Shown here piece by piece: positions 45,585-56,448 of a stretch of DNA of 64,000 bases (position 1 is its first letter; each line of letters begins with the position of its first letter). The notes under the pieces were generated by a model, which saw only the letters and a program-made list of their open reading frames with translations, was not told the DNA's origin and made no database searches. The DNA lies in contig CAVVMU010000010.1 in NCBI GenBank assembly GCA_963749435.1, positions 570,678 through 634,677 on the forward strand, in the 5' to 3' direction. The position numbers were made by a program, and so were the translations under genes. Origin of the DNA: an uncultured Acidobacteriota bacterium (GTDB lineage: Bacteria > Acidobacteriota > Terriglobia > Acidiferrales > UBA7541).

Positions 45585-48314
45585 GTGAGTAAATGGGTCT
45601 ATTTTTTCGGTGCAGGCAAAGCGGAAGGCGATGGGAGCCAACGGGCTCTTCTGGGCGGAAAGGGCTCTGGTCTCGCGGAGATGAGCCGTATTGGGCTGCC
45701 TGTGCCGCCAGGTTTCACGGTAACGACGGAAGTTTGTACGTATTACTACGGGAACAAGAAGAGCTACCCGAAGTCGCTCGACGCGGAAGTGAAGAAAGCG
45801 ATGGCGCGAGTCGAAAAAATAATGGGGACAAAGTTTGGCGACAACAAAGCTATGCCGATGCTGGTATCGGTGCGCTCCGGAGCGCGCGATTCGATGCCCG
45901 GCATGATGGACACGATTTTGAATCTCGGCTTGAACGACGAAACAGTGCTCACGCTGGCCAAGGCTACCAAAAACGAACGGTTCGCCTGGGACTGCTATCG
46001 GCGGTTCATTCAGATGTATGGCGACGTTGTGATGGGTGTGCAGAAGCGGCCGGATGAGGATCATGAGCCGTTTGAGGTGGTGATTCATGGCCTCAAGCAT
46101 GAGCGGTATCACGAGGACGTGGACGACCCGAAACTTACGGTAGGGGATCTCCGGGAACTGGTCGTCCGTTTTAAAAAGCTGATCAAGGAACGCTCTGGAA
46201 AAGAGTTTCCTCAGGACGCCTGGAAGCAACTCTGGGGAGCGGTCGGCGCCGTGTTCGGATCGTGGATGAACGATCGCGCGTTTGTTTATCGCCGGAAGTA
46301 CAACATTCCCTCGGAATGGGGCACAGCCGTAAACGTACAGGCGATGGTGTATGGCAATACTGGCGAGAATTCCGGGTCGGGCGTGGCGTTCACGCGCGAT
46401 CCGGCGACCGGAGAGAAAGTTTTCTATGGCGAGTTTCTGATCAATGCGCAAGGAGAAGACGTGGTGGCTGGCGTGCGCACACCCGAACCGGTCGCACAGT
46501 TAAAGAACCAGTTGCCCAAAGCGTTTAACGAATTAGAGAAGATCCGCCAAACCTTGGAGAAACACTTTAAGGATGTGCAGGACTTCGAGTTCACGATTCA
46601 GGACGGCAATGTCTTCATGCTGCAGACGCGCAACGGCAAACGAACGGGGCTGGCGGCTGTGCGCATTGCGATTGAACTAGAGAAAGAGAAGCTGATTGAT
46701 TGGAAGACCGCCATCCGGCGAGTCCCCGCTGATCAGCTCGACCAGGTGTTGGCGCCGGTATTTGATCGCAAGGCGCTGCAGACTGCCAAGGTGATTGCGA
46801 AGGGTCTGCCCGCTGGGCCTGGGGCTGCTGCGGGCAGGATGTACCTGAATGCCGATCGCGCTGCCGCGGCTGGAGAGAGAGGCGAAAAGGTCCTACTCGT
46901 TCGCAATGAGACCTCACCGGAAGATTTGCGGGGGATGATCGCTGCCGAAGGCATTCTCACGGCGAAGGGTGGCGTTAGTTCGCATGCGGCACTCGTGGCG
47001 CGTCAGATGGGGAAGGTTTGCGTTTGTGGCGCAGCGTCGCTGCAGATTGATTATGCGGCAAAGACGATGACCGTGGATGGGGCGACTTATAAGGAAGGGG
47101 ACTTTCTTTCGATCAACGGGACTGCCGGGGAAGTGTATCCGGGCCAAATCCCGACCGCCGCGTCAGAAATTGTTCAAGTACTGATCGAGAAATCGCTAGA
47201 GGCCAGCAAGAGCCAGACGTATCAGAACTTCAAAAAGCTAATGGACTGGTGCTCGAAAGTAACGCGCCTATCGGTCCGTACCAACGCAGATACGCCTGAG
47301 CAGACGGCGCACGCCATCGCGTTTGGTGCTGTGGGCATAGGCCTCTGCCGTACCGAGCACATGTTCTTTGAAGGCAATCGCATCGACGCGATGCGCGAGA
47401 TGATTTTGGCGGACACCAAAGAACACCGGAAAGAGGCGCTCGCCAAGATCCTGCCCTATCAGCGGGAAGACTTCATTGGGATGTTTAAGGAACTAAAAGG
47501 ATATCCGGCAACGATCCGGTTTCTTGATCCTCCGCTGCATGAATTCTTGCCGCACGAGGGTTCCGAGCAGAGTGGTCTAGCCAAGAAGATGGGAGTGCCA
47601 GTCGAAAAGATCCAGCAGAGAGTTAAAGAATTACATGAATTTAACCCGATGCTCGGCTTCCGAGGCTGCCGCCTGGGCATTGTTTATTCCGAGATTTCCG
47701 AGATGCAGTCCCGAGCCATTTTCGAAGCCGCGGCGGAGGTTCAGAAGGCTGGGATCAAGGTCAATCCCGAGGTGATGATTCCGCTGGTCGGCTTCAAGAA
47801 GGAACTGGACCTTCAGGTCGAGGTCGTCCATCGCATCGCAAGCGAAGTCATGAAAGAGAAGGGTGTGAAACTGAATTACCTGGTCGGTACGATGATCGAA
47901 GTTCCTCGTGGAGCGCTCACAGCCGACGAGATTGCGCAGACGGCAGAGTTCTTCAGCTTCGGCACGAATGACTTGACGCAGACCTGCCTAGGGATGAGCC
48001 GCGACGATTCCGGTTCTTTCCTCGGGCCTTATCAGGAGTTGGAAATCGTCAAGAAGAATCCTTTCGCTACCATCGATCAGGCGGGTGTTGGCCAACTGAT
48101 CGAGATGGCTGTGGCGCGGGGGAACAAGACTCGCCCCGGGATCAAGCTAGGTATCTGCGGCGAACATGGCGGGGACCCGGAGAGCGTCAAGTTCTGTCAT
48201 CGCGCCGGGTTGACGTATGTAAGTTGCTCGCCGTTCCGGGTGCCAGTAGCCCGACTTGCGGCAGCTCAAGCAATGGTTGAAGAGGAGCAATCCAAGAAAA
48301 AGAAAGGGAAATAA
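45585..48314 (+). CDS. ppdK: Pyruvate, phosphate dikinase
   Basis: The likely GTG start at 45585 gives (V)SKWVYFFG. Also has [10 protein letters not shown], the phospho-His loop [15 protein letters not shown], and the C-terminal PEP-utilising CGEHGGDP block. Confidence 0.95.
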   Translation: MSKWVYFFGAGKAEGDGSQRALLGGKGSGLAEMSRIGLPVPPGFTVTTEVCTYYYGNKKSYPKSLDAEVKKAMARVEKIMGTKFGDNKAMPMLVSVRSGARDSMPGMMDTILNLGLNDETVLTLAKATKNERFAWDCYRRFIQMYGDVVMGVQKRPDEDHEPFEVVIHGLKHERYHEDVDDPKLTVGDLRELVVRFKKLIKERSGKEFPQDAWKQLWGAVGAVFGSWMNDRAFVYRRKYNIPSEWGTAVNVQAMVYGNTGENSGSGVAFTRDPATGEKVFYGEFLINAQGEDVVAGVRTPEPVAQLKNQLPKAFNELEKIRQTLEKHFKDVQDFEFTIQDGNVFMLQTRNGKRTGLAAVRIAIELEKEKLIDWKTAIRRVPADQLDQVLAPVFDRKALQTAKVIAKGLPAGPGAAAGRMYLNADRAAAAGERGEKVLLVRNETSPEDLRGMIAAEGILTAKGGVSSHAALVARQMGKVCVCGAASLQIDYAAKTMTVDGATYKEGDFLSINGTAGEVYPGQIPTAASEIVQVLIEKSLEASKSQTYQNFKKLMDWCSKVTRLSVRTNADTPEQTAHAIAFGAVGIGLCRTEHMFFEGNRIDAMREMILADTKEHRKEALAKILPYQREDFIGMFKELKGYPATIRFLDPPLHEFLPHEGSEQSGLAKKMGVPVEKIQQRVKELHEFNPMLGFRGCRLGIVYSEISEMQSRAIFEAAAEVQKAGIKVNPEVMIPLVGFKKELDLQVEVVHRIASEVMKEKGVKLNYLVGTMIEVPRGALTADEIAQTAEFFSFGTNDLTQTCLGMSRDDSGSFLGPYQELEIVKKNPFATIDQAGVGQLIEMAVARGNKTRPGIKLGICGEHGGDPESVKFCHRAGLTYVSCSPFRVPVARLAAAQAMVEEEQSKKKKGK

Positions 48315-48353
48315 GAGAATTAAGTCGCGCAATTTGTATCTAGAGTAGTGCTT

Positions 48354-48412
48354 GAAGCCGTCGGCGGGCAGACATCTCAAGGAATGTCTGCAGTTCCGGC
48401 GGCTTCTTTTTT
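48354..48412 (+). terminator. Long hairpin + T-run terminator after ppdK (abuts the stop of the convergent permease gene)
   Basis: Outer stem GAAGCCGTCGG ... CCGGCGGCTTC (one mismatch), with an inner stem GCAGACAT ... ATGTCTGC, followed by TTTTTT. Confidence 0.65.
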
Positions 48413-50741
48413 AGGTCGGCATCTTAAAGAAGAAGTAGAGCCCTAGAAAAAGAAAAGTGATATCGGTGGACCAAGCCGCGAGAAACGGCGGCAACTGCCC
48501 AACACCGCCCATCGCTTCCAGCAACCGCGCCGCAGCCCAATAAACGATGCCGATGCCCACGCCGAGAGCGACTCCTCCGACCGCTCCACGCGTTCCGACC
48601 AGCAGCGCGAAGGGAATCGCCAGCAACATGCTGACGGGAGCGATCAGCGGGAATGCCAGCTTTACGTGCCACTGTACCGTCAGGTTGGCGACGTCAAAAC
48701 CAGCTGTGTGCAACTCCGCGATATACCGCCGCAGTGCTCCCAGGCTCATCTGGGAGGCCTGGCGCACCTCGCGATTGAAATAGCTCGGAGGTTCCGAAAG
48801 CTCGGGCAGCGATGTCACGGGGAATCGCTCATAACGCGTGATGGTGCCATCGACGAAATCGCGAACCCAGCCGCCCTCAAGAACCCAGACTTTCTGCGAA
48901 TCGGACCACGTCGCGCGCGTAGCAAAGACCCGTCGCCGCATTTGGAACGTGGCCGGGTCGAGCTCCACCACGCTGAGACCTCCAAAAAGATTCTGCGTTG
49001 GGTCAAACAGGTCGTAGTTGTAGATTTTCTCGTCGTTGCCAAAAATCCATCGCTGTGGATGGGCATAGGTTTGCGCGGGGCGCCCCTTGATCTGGTTGCG
49101 CAGCGCGTCCTGGCGCTGGTTGGCGTAGGGAAGATAGGTCTCGTCCAACACGATCATGGTGGCAGCGAGAGTTAGGCCGGAGAAAAGCAGCGGCAATGCG
49201 AGCCGGTACAGACTGATGCCGCTGGCCTTGCACGCCACAATTTCGTTGTTTTTGCTCATCACACCGAGCGTTACGAGAACCGCCACCAGCGCGCCCAGCG
49301 GCGCGAGGTTATAAATCAAGTAGGGCGTCAGATAGCGGAAGTAATCCACGACGATGAGAAAGGGCACACGGTGCCGCGCGATGTCATCCAGCAACTCGAA
49401 AAACGTGAACGCCTCAAAAAGAAAGATAAAAGCCGCCATGAGTACCGAGAAATGAAAAAAGAAGCGGCGCACGAGGTAGATATCCATGAGTCGGGGAAAG
49501 CTGCCGCTGGATGGGACGCCGTTCTCTTGAGGTTCTATGACACCGTTGGGAATGTGAACTGCCGCGATGGCCGCGGCACGGACCCGCGCCTTCCTGCGGC
49601 GCAGTAACCTGGCCCAACTCCGGAATCGGGCCATAGGATTCATCCACCGGCTCTCCCCGCGGAACTGTTCCATGCGGGGAAGCAGCGCTAGCCCGAGTAT
49701 CGCCAATAGAATGTTTGCTCCCCAGATGCCGACTGCGGGAGAGACATGGCCCTGCCGCGCCAGCCCTGCACCAATCACGGTAAGCAAGTAGTAGGAAGCA
49801 ATAATGATTACGGCAAGCAGAGACCCCGCAGCGCGGCCGCCACGCCGAGGTTGCGCACCGAGCGGCACGGCAACCAGGGCGAACACGAGGCACGCCGCAG
49901 GAAAGGCCAGCCGTTTATGCAATTCCACGCGAGCCTCGCGCCAACTGGCATCATTTTCCCGCAGAAGCTCGCCCACGGATCGTTCCGAATTGCTCAGCTG
50001 GCGAGGTTGCGCCGGAACGAGATTAGTCGCTTCGATCGGCCAGTCGCTCTGCCCAAAGGCCGTCACAGAGTACCGGTCCGGATCTTCGCGCGAAAACTCG
50101 TGTGTGGTTCCGCCCTTTAGGTGAAGCTCCAGCTTGCCCTCTTTGGGTTCGGCAATTACAATCGCATTCTCCGCCAGGGTGAGTTGCGAGCCGTTCTCTC
50201 CTCCGGCCTCAGCGAGAAATACGCCGCGCCATTGCGTGCCGCTGGCAGACACGTCGTTGACGTAGAGGACAAATTTGGGGAATCGTTCGTCGAAGACGCG
50301 AGGTTGCACGGCGAAGGAAATCTGTGACGCGACCAGATCCGTCTCAAGAGCCCGGTATCTATGGAAAGCCATCGGACCGAGCCAGAGCGTCATGCAGAGC
50401 GTCACAAGGGCGCCAGCCAAAGCAAGCATGCCGACGGGCAGTAGAATCCGCCGGCGGCCAATGCCGAGCGCTGTCAGGGCAATGACCTCGCTGTCGGCGG
50501 ACATGCGGCCAAGCCCGAGCAGCACGCCAATCAGCACGGCCATGGGCAGCGTGAACGTCAAAACGCCGGGGAAAATGCAGAGAAAAAGTTCGAGAATTTG
50601 GGATCCTGAGCCAGTGTGACGGACAAACAGCTCCATCAATCGAACCAGTTGTGGCACGAAGAAAACGAACGTAAATACCGCGATTCCGAGGAGTGCGTGA
50701 CGAAAAACTTCACGAACAATGTAGCGGTCCAGGATGCGCAT
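48411..50741 (-). CDS. Fused LptF/LptG-family (YjgP/YjgQ) permease, two modules in one ORF
   Basis: 776 aa. The first module starts MRILDRYIVREVF... and the second starts about residue 419 (MDIYLVRRFFFHF...). Each has the 3TM-periplasmic domain-3TM layout. They are joined by an Arg-rich linker (residues about 357-418) with no stop. Confidence 0.8.
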   Translation of the reverse strand: MRILDRYIVREVFRHALLGIAVFTFVFFVPQLVRLMELFVRHTGSGSQILELFLCIFPGVLTFTLPMAVLIGVLLGLGRMSADSEVIALTALGIGRRRILLPVGMLALAGALVTLCMTLWLGPMAFHRYRALETDLVASQISFAVQPRVFDERFPKFVLYVNDVSASGTQWRGVFLAEAGGENGSQLTLAENAIVIAEPKEGKLELHLKGGTTHEFSREDPDRYSVTAFGQSDWPIEATNLVPAQPRQLSNSERSVGELLRENDASWREARVELHKRLAFPAACLVFALVAVPLGAQPRRGGRAAGSLLAVIIIASYYLLTVIGAGLARQGHVSPAVGIWGANILLAILGLALLPRMEQFRGESRWMNPMARFRSWARLLRRRKARVRAAAIAAVHIPNGVIEPQENGVPSSGSFPRLMDIYLVRRFFFHFSVLMAAFIFLFEAFTFFELLDDIARHRVPFLIVVDYFRYLTPYLIYNLAPLGALVAVLVTLGVMSKNNEIVACKASGISLYRLALPLLFSGLTLAATMIVLDETYLPYANQRQDALRNQIKGRPAQTYAHPQRWIFGNDEKIYNYDLFDPTQNLFGGLSVVELDPATFQMRRRVFATRATWSDSQKVWVLEGGWVRDFVDGTITRYERFPVTSLPELSEPPSYFNREVRQASQMSLGALRRYIAELHTAGFDVANLTVQWHVKLAFPLIAPVSMLLAIPFALLVGTRGAVGGVALGVGIGIVYWAAARLLEAMGGVGQLPPFLAAWSTDITFLFLGLYFFFKMPT

Positions 50742-50797
50742 GGCGCGAACCGTGAGTGTAACACGGCAGCGCAGAAGTCACTTGAAAGAGAAACTCA

Positions 50798-52999
50798 ATG
50801 AATCGCGTTCATGTCGTGCTTTTATGGCACATGCATCAGCCGCAGTACCGGGACCCGGAAACCGGCCGCTACGTATTAGCCTGGACGAGGCTCCACGCCC
50901 TCAAGGACTACTGGGGCATGGTGGCCATGCTCAAGGACTTTCCAAATTTTCACGCCACCTTTAACGTCGTGCCGTCGCTCGGAATGCAGCTTGAGGAATA
51001 TGCAAGTGGAGAATTCAACGAGCCGTGGTTTTCCCTGGCTTTCAAGCCAGCCGATGACTTAACGCGTGAGGACAAAGCGGAGATTCTGGCGCGCGCGTTT
51101 CAAGTGAATCATGAACGGCTGATGTCGCGATGGTCTCGTTTCGTGGAGTTGCACGAGTGGGCGCAGCCCGCCGGCGGTGCACAGGCGCTAGTTTCCTTCA
51201 CCCTCCGTGATTGGCGTGACGTTCAGCTGCTTTCCCAGTTGGCGTGGATGGATGAATCCTGGTTTGAGAAAGATTCAGTCGTCAGCCGTCTCGCGAACAA
51301 AGGAAAAGAGTTCACGGAGAAAGACAAAGCGGCCTTGAAGGCCAAGCAATTGGAACTGCTTGGTTTGGTTTTGCCCGAGTATCGCAAAGTGGCAGAGACA
51401 GGCCAAATCGAACTGAGCACAACGCCGTTTTACCACCCCATCCTCCCGCTGATCTGTGACTCAGATATCGCTCGAGTGGCCAATCCCGGCACGCCACTCC
51501 CGCGCCGCGCTTACCGGCGTCCCGAAGATGCGCGCGAGCAACTCCGCCGAGCCCGCGAATATCACGAACGCGTTTTCGGAATGAAGCCCGCTGGCCTCTG
51601 GCCATCGGAAGGTTCTGTCTCCGATCAGGCTTTGACCATCGCCACAGAAGAAGGCTTCCAGTGGTTCGGCACCGATGAAGGCGTCCTCGGTAGAACGCTG
51701 AACGCCGGATTCTTTCGCGATGCAAAGGGCGTTCCGGCCAATGCGGACCGCCTTTACAAGCCGCTGCGCGTACAACTCGGCGGAAAGCCCATCACCGGAC
51801 TCTTCCGCGATCACCATCTCTCAGACCTCATCGGTTTCGTATACAGCCGCATGAACGGAAAAGATGCGGCGGCGGATTTGCACGGACGGCTTCGCGAACT
51901 GGGCGACCGCGTCCAGACATCACAACCTTTAACGATCTGCCTCTTCCTCGACGGGGAAAACGCCTGGGAATATTATCCGGGAAATGGCCGCGAGTTTCTG
52001 CGCGAGTTCTACGGCCGCATCCAGGGAGACCAGGATTTCCGGGCGCTGACAGCGAGCGAAGCGATTGCGTCGGCTGGCGACATCCCAACGAACGCCGGGA
52101 TTTTCCCTGCATCGTGGATTAATGCGAATTTCGACGTGTGGATTGGCCACAGCGAAGACGTTGCCGCATGGGAGCTCCTTTGGGACGCCCGCGAAGCCTA
52201 CGGCCGCGCGGTGGAGGCGTACAAGCAAGGCCGCGACGGCGCTCCGACGGAACTGGCTTTGAAAGAGGCGCAGGAGTCCTTGCTGGCAGCGGAGGGAAGC
52301 GATTGGTGCTGGTGGTATGGCCCGGAGCACAGCACAGCCAATGATGCGGAATTCGATGCTCTGTATCGCAAGCATCTGACGGCAATCTACCTCGCACTCG
52401 GCCAAGTGGCTCCGCAAGAACTCGCCAAGCCCATCAAACGCCAGCCGGAACACGCTCTACAGCTAGCTCCGACAGGCTTCCTGAAAATCACGGTGGACGG
52501 CCGAGACACTTCCTACTTTGAATGGCTGGGTTCAGGCCTCTATTCGCCCGAACGCCGCGGTGGTGCGATGCACGGCCGCACATTCTACCTTCATGAAATA
52601 CGTTATGGTTTTGAAGAAGGCCGCTTTTGCGTTCGCGTGGACCCGTTCCTCGATCTTCTAGGAGAACTTGAAGATTCGGAATTCCGTATCACCATCGGCA
52701 CCGCCGAAGAAGTCAACATTGTAGTGAAGCTCGTCCGTGGCCACCTTCAGGAGTTCGCGGTGGAGATGGGGCGGGTCTGCCTTCTCAATCCCAACACCGT
52801 CGCGGAAGCTTCCTTCGACCGCATCCTCGAAGTCGCCATCCAACGCAGTCAGCTTAATCTGAAAGGGCAGAGGAAGCTAAAGTTGGGCGTCGGGCTTTGG
52901 CATGGCGGTCTGCCTGTGGACGTCCTGCCAGCGGAAGGTATTCTCGAAGTCAACCTCGGTGAAGAGAACTCTGCGTGGCCGCCGGAAGACCTGACCTAG
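50798..52999 (+). CDS. Glycoside hydrolase family 57 protein (alpha-amylase / glucanotransferase type)
   Basis: 733-aa ORF with N-terminus VVLLWHMHQPQYRD...RLHALKDYWGM, then LSTTPFYHPILPL, GLWPSEGSVS and DGENAWEYY, all typical GH57 blocks. Confidence 0.85.
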   Translation: MNRVHVVLLWHMHQPQYRDPETGRYVLAWTRLHALKDYWGMVAMLKDFPNFHATFNVVPSLGMQLEEYASGEFNEPWFSLAFKPADDLTREDKAEILARAFQVNHERLMSRWSRFVELHEWAQPAGGAQALVSFTLRDWRDVQLLSQLAWMDESWFEKDSVVSRLANKGKEFTEKDKAALKAKQLELLGLVLPEYRKVAETGQIELSTTPFYHPILPLICDSDIARVANPGTPLPRRAYRRPEDAREQLRRAREYHERVFGMKPAGLWPSEGSVSDQALTIATEEGFQWFGTDEGVLGRTLNAGFFRDAKGVPANADRLYKPLRVQLGGKPITGLFRDHHLSDLIGFVYSRMNGKDAAADLHGRLRELGDRVQTSQPLTICLFLDGENAWEYYPGNGREFLREFYGRIQGDQDFRALTASEAIASAGDIPTNAGIFPASWINANFDVWIGHSEDVAAWELLWDAREAYGRAVEAYKQGRDGAPTELALKEAQESLLAAEGSDWCWWYGPEHSTANDAEFDALYRKHLTAIYLALGQVAPQELAKPIKRQPEHALQLAPTGFLKITVDGRDTSYFEWLGSGLYSPERRGGAMHGRTFYLHEIRYGFEEGRFCVRVDPFLDLLGELEDSEFRITIGTAEEVNIVVKLVRGHLQEFAVEMGRVCLLNPNTVAEASFDRILEVAIQRSQLNLKGQRKLKLGVGLWHGGLPVDVLPAEGILEVNLGEENSAWPPEDLT

Positions 53000-53082
53000 T
53001 CCACTCCAACGAGTTCTTACACCTGCTACCTGGCAACTGGCCCCTACTTCGCCCCTGTCCGCCCTCCTTTTCACCTTTCTCC

Positions 53083-53131
53083 TTGACAGGCTAGGAGAGT
53101 GAGTCTACATTCCTAGCTCATCTAGGAGAGT
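53083..53131 (+). promoter_or_regulatory. Promoter (TTGACA-17-TACATT) with overlapping repeats; candidate PadR operator
   Basis: TTGACA at 53083-53088 and TACATT at 53106-53111. Direct repeat CTAGGAGAGT at 53091-53100 and 53122-53131. Quasi-palindrome CTACATTCCTAG at 53105-53116. Confidence 0.4.
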
Positions 53132-53138
53132 CGCGAAC

Positions 53139-53480
53139 ATGGATAAGCAACTCGAACTTCTGCAAGGCACTCTCGACATGCTGATTCTAAAAGCCGTATC
53201 CCTAGGTCCCCTCCATGGCTACGGGATTCTTCTTCGCATTCAGCAAATCTCAAAAGACCGCCTGGAAATTCAGCAAGGCTCTCTTTATCCCGCGCTTTAT
53301 CGCCTAGAGCATCAAGGCTGGATCGCCAGCGAGTGGGGCGAGTCAGAAAACAAGCGCAAAGCAAAATACTACACGCTGACGCCAGCAGGGAAGCGCCGCC
53401 TGCAAGCGGAAACCGAAAACTGGAATCGCATGGCCGACGTCATGGCGGGAATCCTGAGAACAAAGCCGGAGGAAATATGA
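53139..53480 (+). CDS. PadR-family transcriptional regulator
   Basis: 113-aa ORF with [32 protein letters not shown]...[16 protein letters not shown]...KYYTLTPAG. Confidence 0.88.
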   Translation: MDKQLELLQGTLDMLILKAVSLGPLHGYGILLRIQQISKDRLEIQQGSLYPALYRLEHQGWIASEWGESENKRKAKYYTLTPAGKRRLQAETENWNRMADVMAGILRTKPEEI

Positions 53481-56167
53481 GCCTCTGGAGAAGGATTCGT
53501 TCTTGGTCGCACGCGATATTTTGGCGCACGCGTATGGAATCCGAGATGGAAACTGAGCTTCTTTTCCATCTCGACAAGTTTGCGGAGGAGCTGGTTCGCA
53601 GCGGCGTTTCGCGCGAGGAAGCCATGCGGCGAGCGCGCATGGAATTTGGCGGCATCGAGCGAGCAAAAGAGGAAGGCAGGGAGGCGCGCGGCGTCAGCTT
53701 ACTCGACCAATTGATCCAGGATTTGCGCTTTGGAGCGCGAATGTTTCGCAAAAGCCCTGGGTTTACGTTAGTAGCCGTCCTCACGCTCGCTCTTGGCATC
53801 GGTGCAAACACCGCCATCTTTAGCGTTGTAAACGCTGTCCTCCTGAGTCCTTTGCCTTACGCCAATGCTCATCGTCTCGCGATGGTGAAAGAGATCTTGC
53901 CCAACATGAGCGCCGAGCCTTTCAACGTATCCGGGCCAGACGTCGCTCAAATTCAAAAATTGAATCACGTTTTCGAGGATGTTGGCGGATTCCGCGTGTG
54001 GACTTACGAGCTTTCCGGAAAGAGTGAACCGCAGCGAGTGACTGCCGATCGCATAAGCAGCAACCTCTTCGATGTGCTGGGCGTGCAACCGTCAGCAGGT
54101 CGTGTGTTCTCGCCGCAGGAGGAACAGTTCGGACATCAGCTTGTTATCCTGAGCCACGGATTGTGGCAACGCCGGTTCGGCGGACAGAAAAATATCCTGG
54201 GCCAAACAGTCAACCTGGACCGCAAGCCTTACACCATCGTCGGGGTCATGCCGCAGAGCTTCGTGTTTCCTCTCCCGGGAATGTTGCAGGGAGTCCCGGC
54301 CGATCTCTGGGTTCCGCTGGGCCTATCCAAAGAAGAACTGGCTGACTTCGGAGACAATTTTTCTTACACCGTGGTGGGCAGGCTGAAACCGGGGATACAG
54401 CAAGGGCAAGTCACTGCGGACCTGCAGCTCGTCTCTCAGGGCGTTCTTGAGATATACAAGCAATGGTCTCGCGACGCCAACACGCCGTTGGGCGACTTCC
54501 GGCTCGGCATGGTATCGATGCCTCTGCGCGATGAAGTGACCGGTCCGCTGAAGCCAATGTTATTGATGTTGCTCGGGGCGGTGGGTTTCGTGCTGCTGAT
54601 AGCGTGCGTGAACGTAGCGAACCTGTTGATGATGCGCTCGGTCGGGCGTCAAAAGGAAATGGCGGTTCGTTTGGCCATTGGCGCGGGCAGACTTCGTTTG
54701 TTGCGCCAGTTTTTGGTGGAAGGCTTGTTGCTTGCGTTCACTGGCGGCGCACTTGGTTTGGCTCTGGCCGTATGGTTCAAGGACGCCTTAGTGGCCCGAA
54801 TACCATCGAATATTCCTCAGTTCCATGCCATCGAACTTGATTGGACTGTGCTGCTCTTCAGCTTCGTGCTCGTCACGCTGGCGGGGCTTACCTTCGGTGC
54901 TTTGCCGGCTCTCTGGGCGTCGAAAACCGATTTTGGTGCTTCGCTGCAGGAAAGCGGTCGAGGCAATTCGCAAGGCCCGGATCATCGGCGCGTCCGCGCT
55001 ACGTTTGTGATCGTCGAGGTCGCCCTTTCCGTGATGTTGCTGGTGGGCGCCGGGCTGCTGGTACGCAGCTTCCAGCGAGTTTTAAGCACCAATCCAGGCT
55101 TCCGTCCAGAACATGTGTTGACCGCGTCGATCGATTTGCCTCCGGACGAATACGCGCAAGACGAGAAGGTGGCTTCTTTCTACAAACTATTGATGGATAA
55201 GCTGCGTCAGACGCCAGGCGTTGCCAGTGCGGGAGGCTCGACAGATCTGCCTCTTCTTGGGGAATGGACGCACGCGTTTACAGTCGAGGGCTACCAGCCG
55301 CCCCCTGGACCTGCCATGAGCTTGTGCCATCACTCCGTCATCTATGGAGATTATCTTCAGACTATGGGTATTCCGCTCCTTAGCGGAAGGTATTTCACGG
55401 GGCAGGAAGTAGCTAAATCCACGAATGTGCTCATAGTGAGCGAATCCTTAGCCAAGAAATATTGGCCCGGTCAGAATCCATTGGGCAAACGCCTGAAATG
55501 GGGACCGCCGGAATCGACAGAACCTTGGCTGACCGTGATCGGGGTAGTAGGGGATGTAAAACAGGGGGCGCTCGAGACAGCGACGGATGCGCATACCTAC
55601 GAACCTTACGCCCAGCTCGGGGCGCCGCTCTCACTTCGAATTGCGTTGCGCGGACAAGGAGATGCCGGAACGCTCGCAGCGGACATTCGAGTCGCCACGC
55701 GGAGCCTGGACCGTCAACTTGCGCTTGGGAGCATCCGCACGATGGATCAAGTCATCAGGAGATCTACGGAAGGCCGTCGCTTCGTTTTGGCGCTCGTGGG
55801 ATCCTTCGCGGCCCTGGCTCTCCTGCTGGCGGCTGTTGGTATCTATGCAGTGCTCGCATACTCGGTGACTCGAAGAACGCATGAGTTGGGTGTGCGAATG
55901 GCATTAGGTGCGCGGCGCGGCGACGTGCTTCGCCTGGTGTTAGGTCACGGCTTGCGCGTTACGGCAATCGGAATCGCTCTCGGTATAGTTGGGGCGCTCG
56001 GCTTGACACGTCTTCTTCAGAGTTTGCTATTCGAAGTGCATCCCACCGATCCAGCTACTTTTGCAGTCGTGCTTCTGTTGATGGCCGGCGTTTCGGTTGC
56101 AGCATCGTATCTTCCTGCACGCCGCGCGATGCGAGTCGATCCCATGGAGGCTCTGAGGTACGAATGA
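53477..56167 (+). CDS. MacB/FtsX-like duplicated orphan permease (ADOP type) with N-terminal helical prefix domain
   Basis: The start ATG at 53477 overlaps the PadR TGA. Prefix [10 protein letters not shown]...[33 protein letters not shown], then [36 protein letters not shown] and two FtsX-like 4-TM modules. Confidence 0.85.
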   Translation: MSLWRRIRSWSHAIFWRTRMESEMETELLFHLDKFAEELVRSGVSREEAMRRARMEFGGIERAKEEGREARGVSLLDQLIQDLRFGARMFRKSPGFTLVAVLTLALGIGANTAIFSVVNAVLLSPLPYANAHRLAMVKEILPNMSAEPFNVSGPDVAQIQKLNHVFEDVGGFRVWTYELSGKSEPQRVTADRISSNLFDVLGVQPSAGRVFSPQEEQFGHQLVILSHGLWQRRFGGQKNILGQTVNLDRKPYTIVGVMPQSFVFPLPGMLQGVPADLWVPLGLSKEELADFGDNFSYTVVGRLKPGIQQGQVTADLQLVSQGVLEIYKQWSRDANTPLGDFRLGMVSMPLRDEVTGPLKPMLLMLLGAVGFVLLIACVNVANLLMMRSVGRQKEMAVRLAIGAGRLRLLRQFLVEGLLLAFTGGALGLALAVWFKDALVARIPSNIPQFHAIELDWTVLLFSFVLVTLAGLTFGALPALWASKTDFGASLQESGRGNSQGPDHRRVRATFVIVEVALSVMLLVGAGLLVRSFQRVLSTNPGFRPEHVLTASIDLPPDEYAQDEKVASFYKLLMDKLRQTPGVASAGGSTDLPLLGEWTHAFTVEGYQPPPGPAMSLCHHSVIYGDYLQTMGIPLLSGRYFTGQEVAKSTNVLIVSESLAKKYWPGQNPLGKRLKWGPPESTEPWLTVIGVVGDVKQGALETATDAHTYEPYAQLGAPLSLRIALRGQGDAGTLAADIRVATRSLDRQLALGSIRTMDQVIRRSTEGRRFVLALVGSFAALALLLAAVGIYAVLAYSVTRRTHELGVRMALGARRGDVLRLVLGHGLRVTAIGIALGIVGALGLTRLLQSLLFEVHPTDPATFAVVLLLMAGVSVAASYLPARRAMRVDPMEALRYE

Positions 56168-56211
56168 AAGCGCAAAGGAGCGGAAATCTGGGGCAATCAA
56201 GGGGAGGAAGT

Positions 56212-56448
56212 GTGAGTCTTTGGAGCCGCCTTCGTTCGTGGGCAAAGACAACTCTTCGTCGGGCTCGCATGGAAAGCGAAATGGACGCTGAACTTCGCTT
56301 TCATATGGAATCGTTCACCGAGGACTTGGTTCTCAACGGAGTTCCGCGGGCAGAGGCTGCGAGGCGCGCTCGCATCGAATTCGGGGCCGTCGAAAAAGCG
56401 AAGGAGGAGTGCCGCGAAGCTCGCGGCGCCAAATCATGGGAACCCTGA
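56212..56448 (+). pseudogene. Detached N-terminal prefix domain of the second ADOP permease (frameshift)
   Basis: GTG at 56212 (GGGGAGGAAG upstream) gives VSLWSRLRSW...[47 protein letters not shown], colinear with the first permease prefix. It ends at TGA 56446-56448. The permease body continues in another frame. Confidence 0.55.

Noticed and set aside
53333-53476. Upstream extension of the first ADOP permease ORF into the PadR gene
   Set aside because: Same logic: it overlaps the real PadR in another frame. The conserved prefix begins at MSLWRR (ATG 53477), overlapping the PadR stop.
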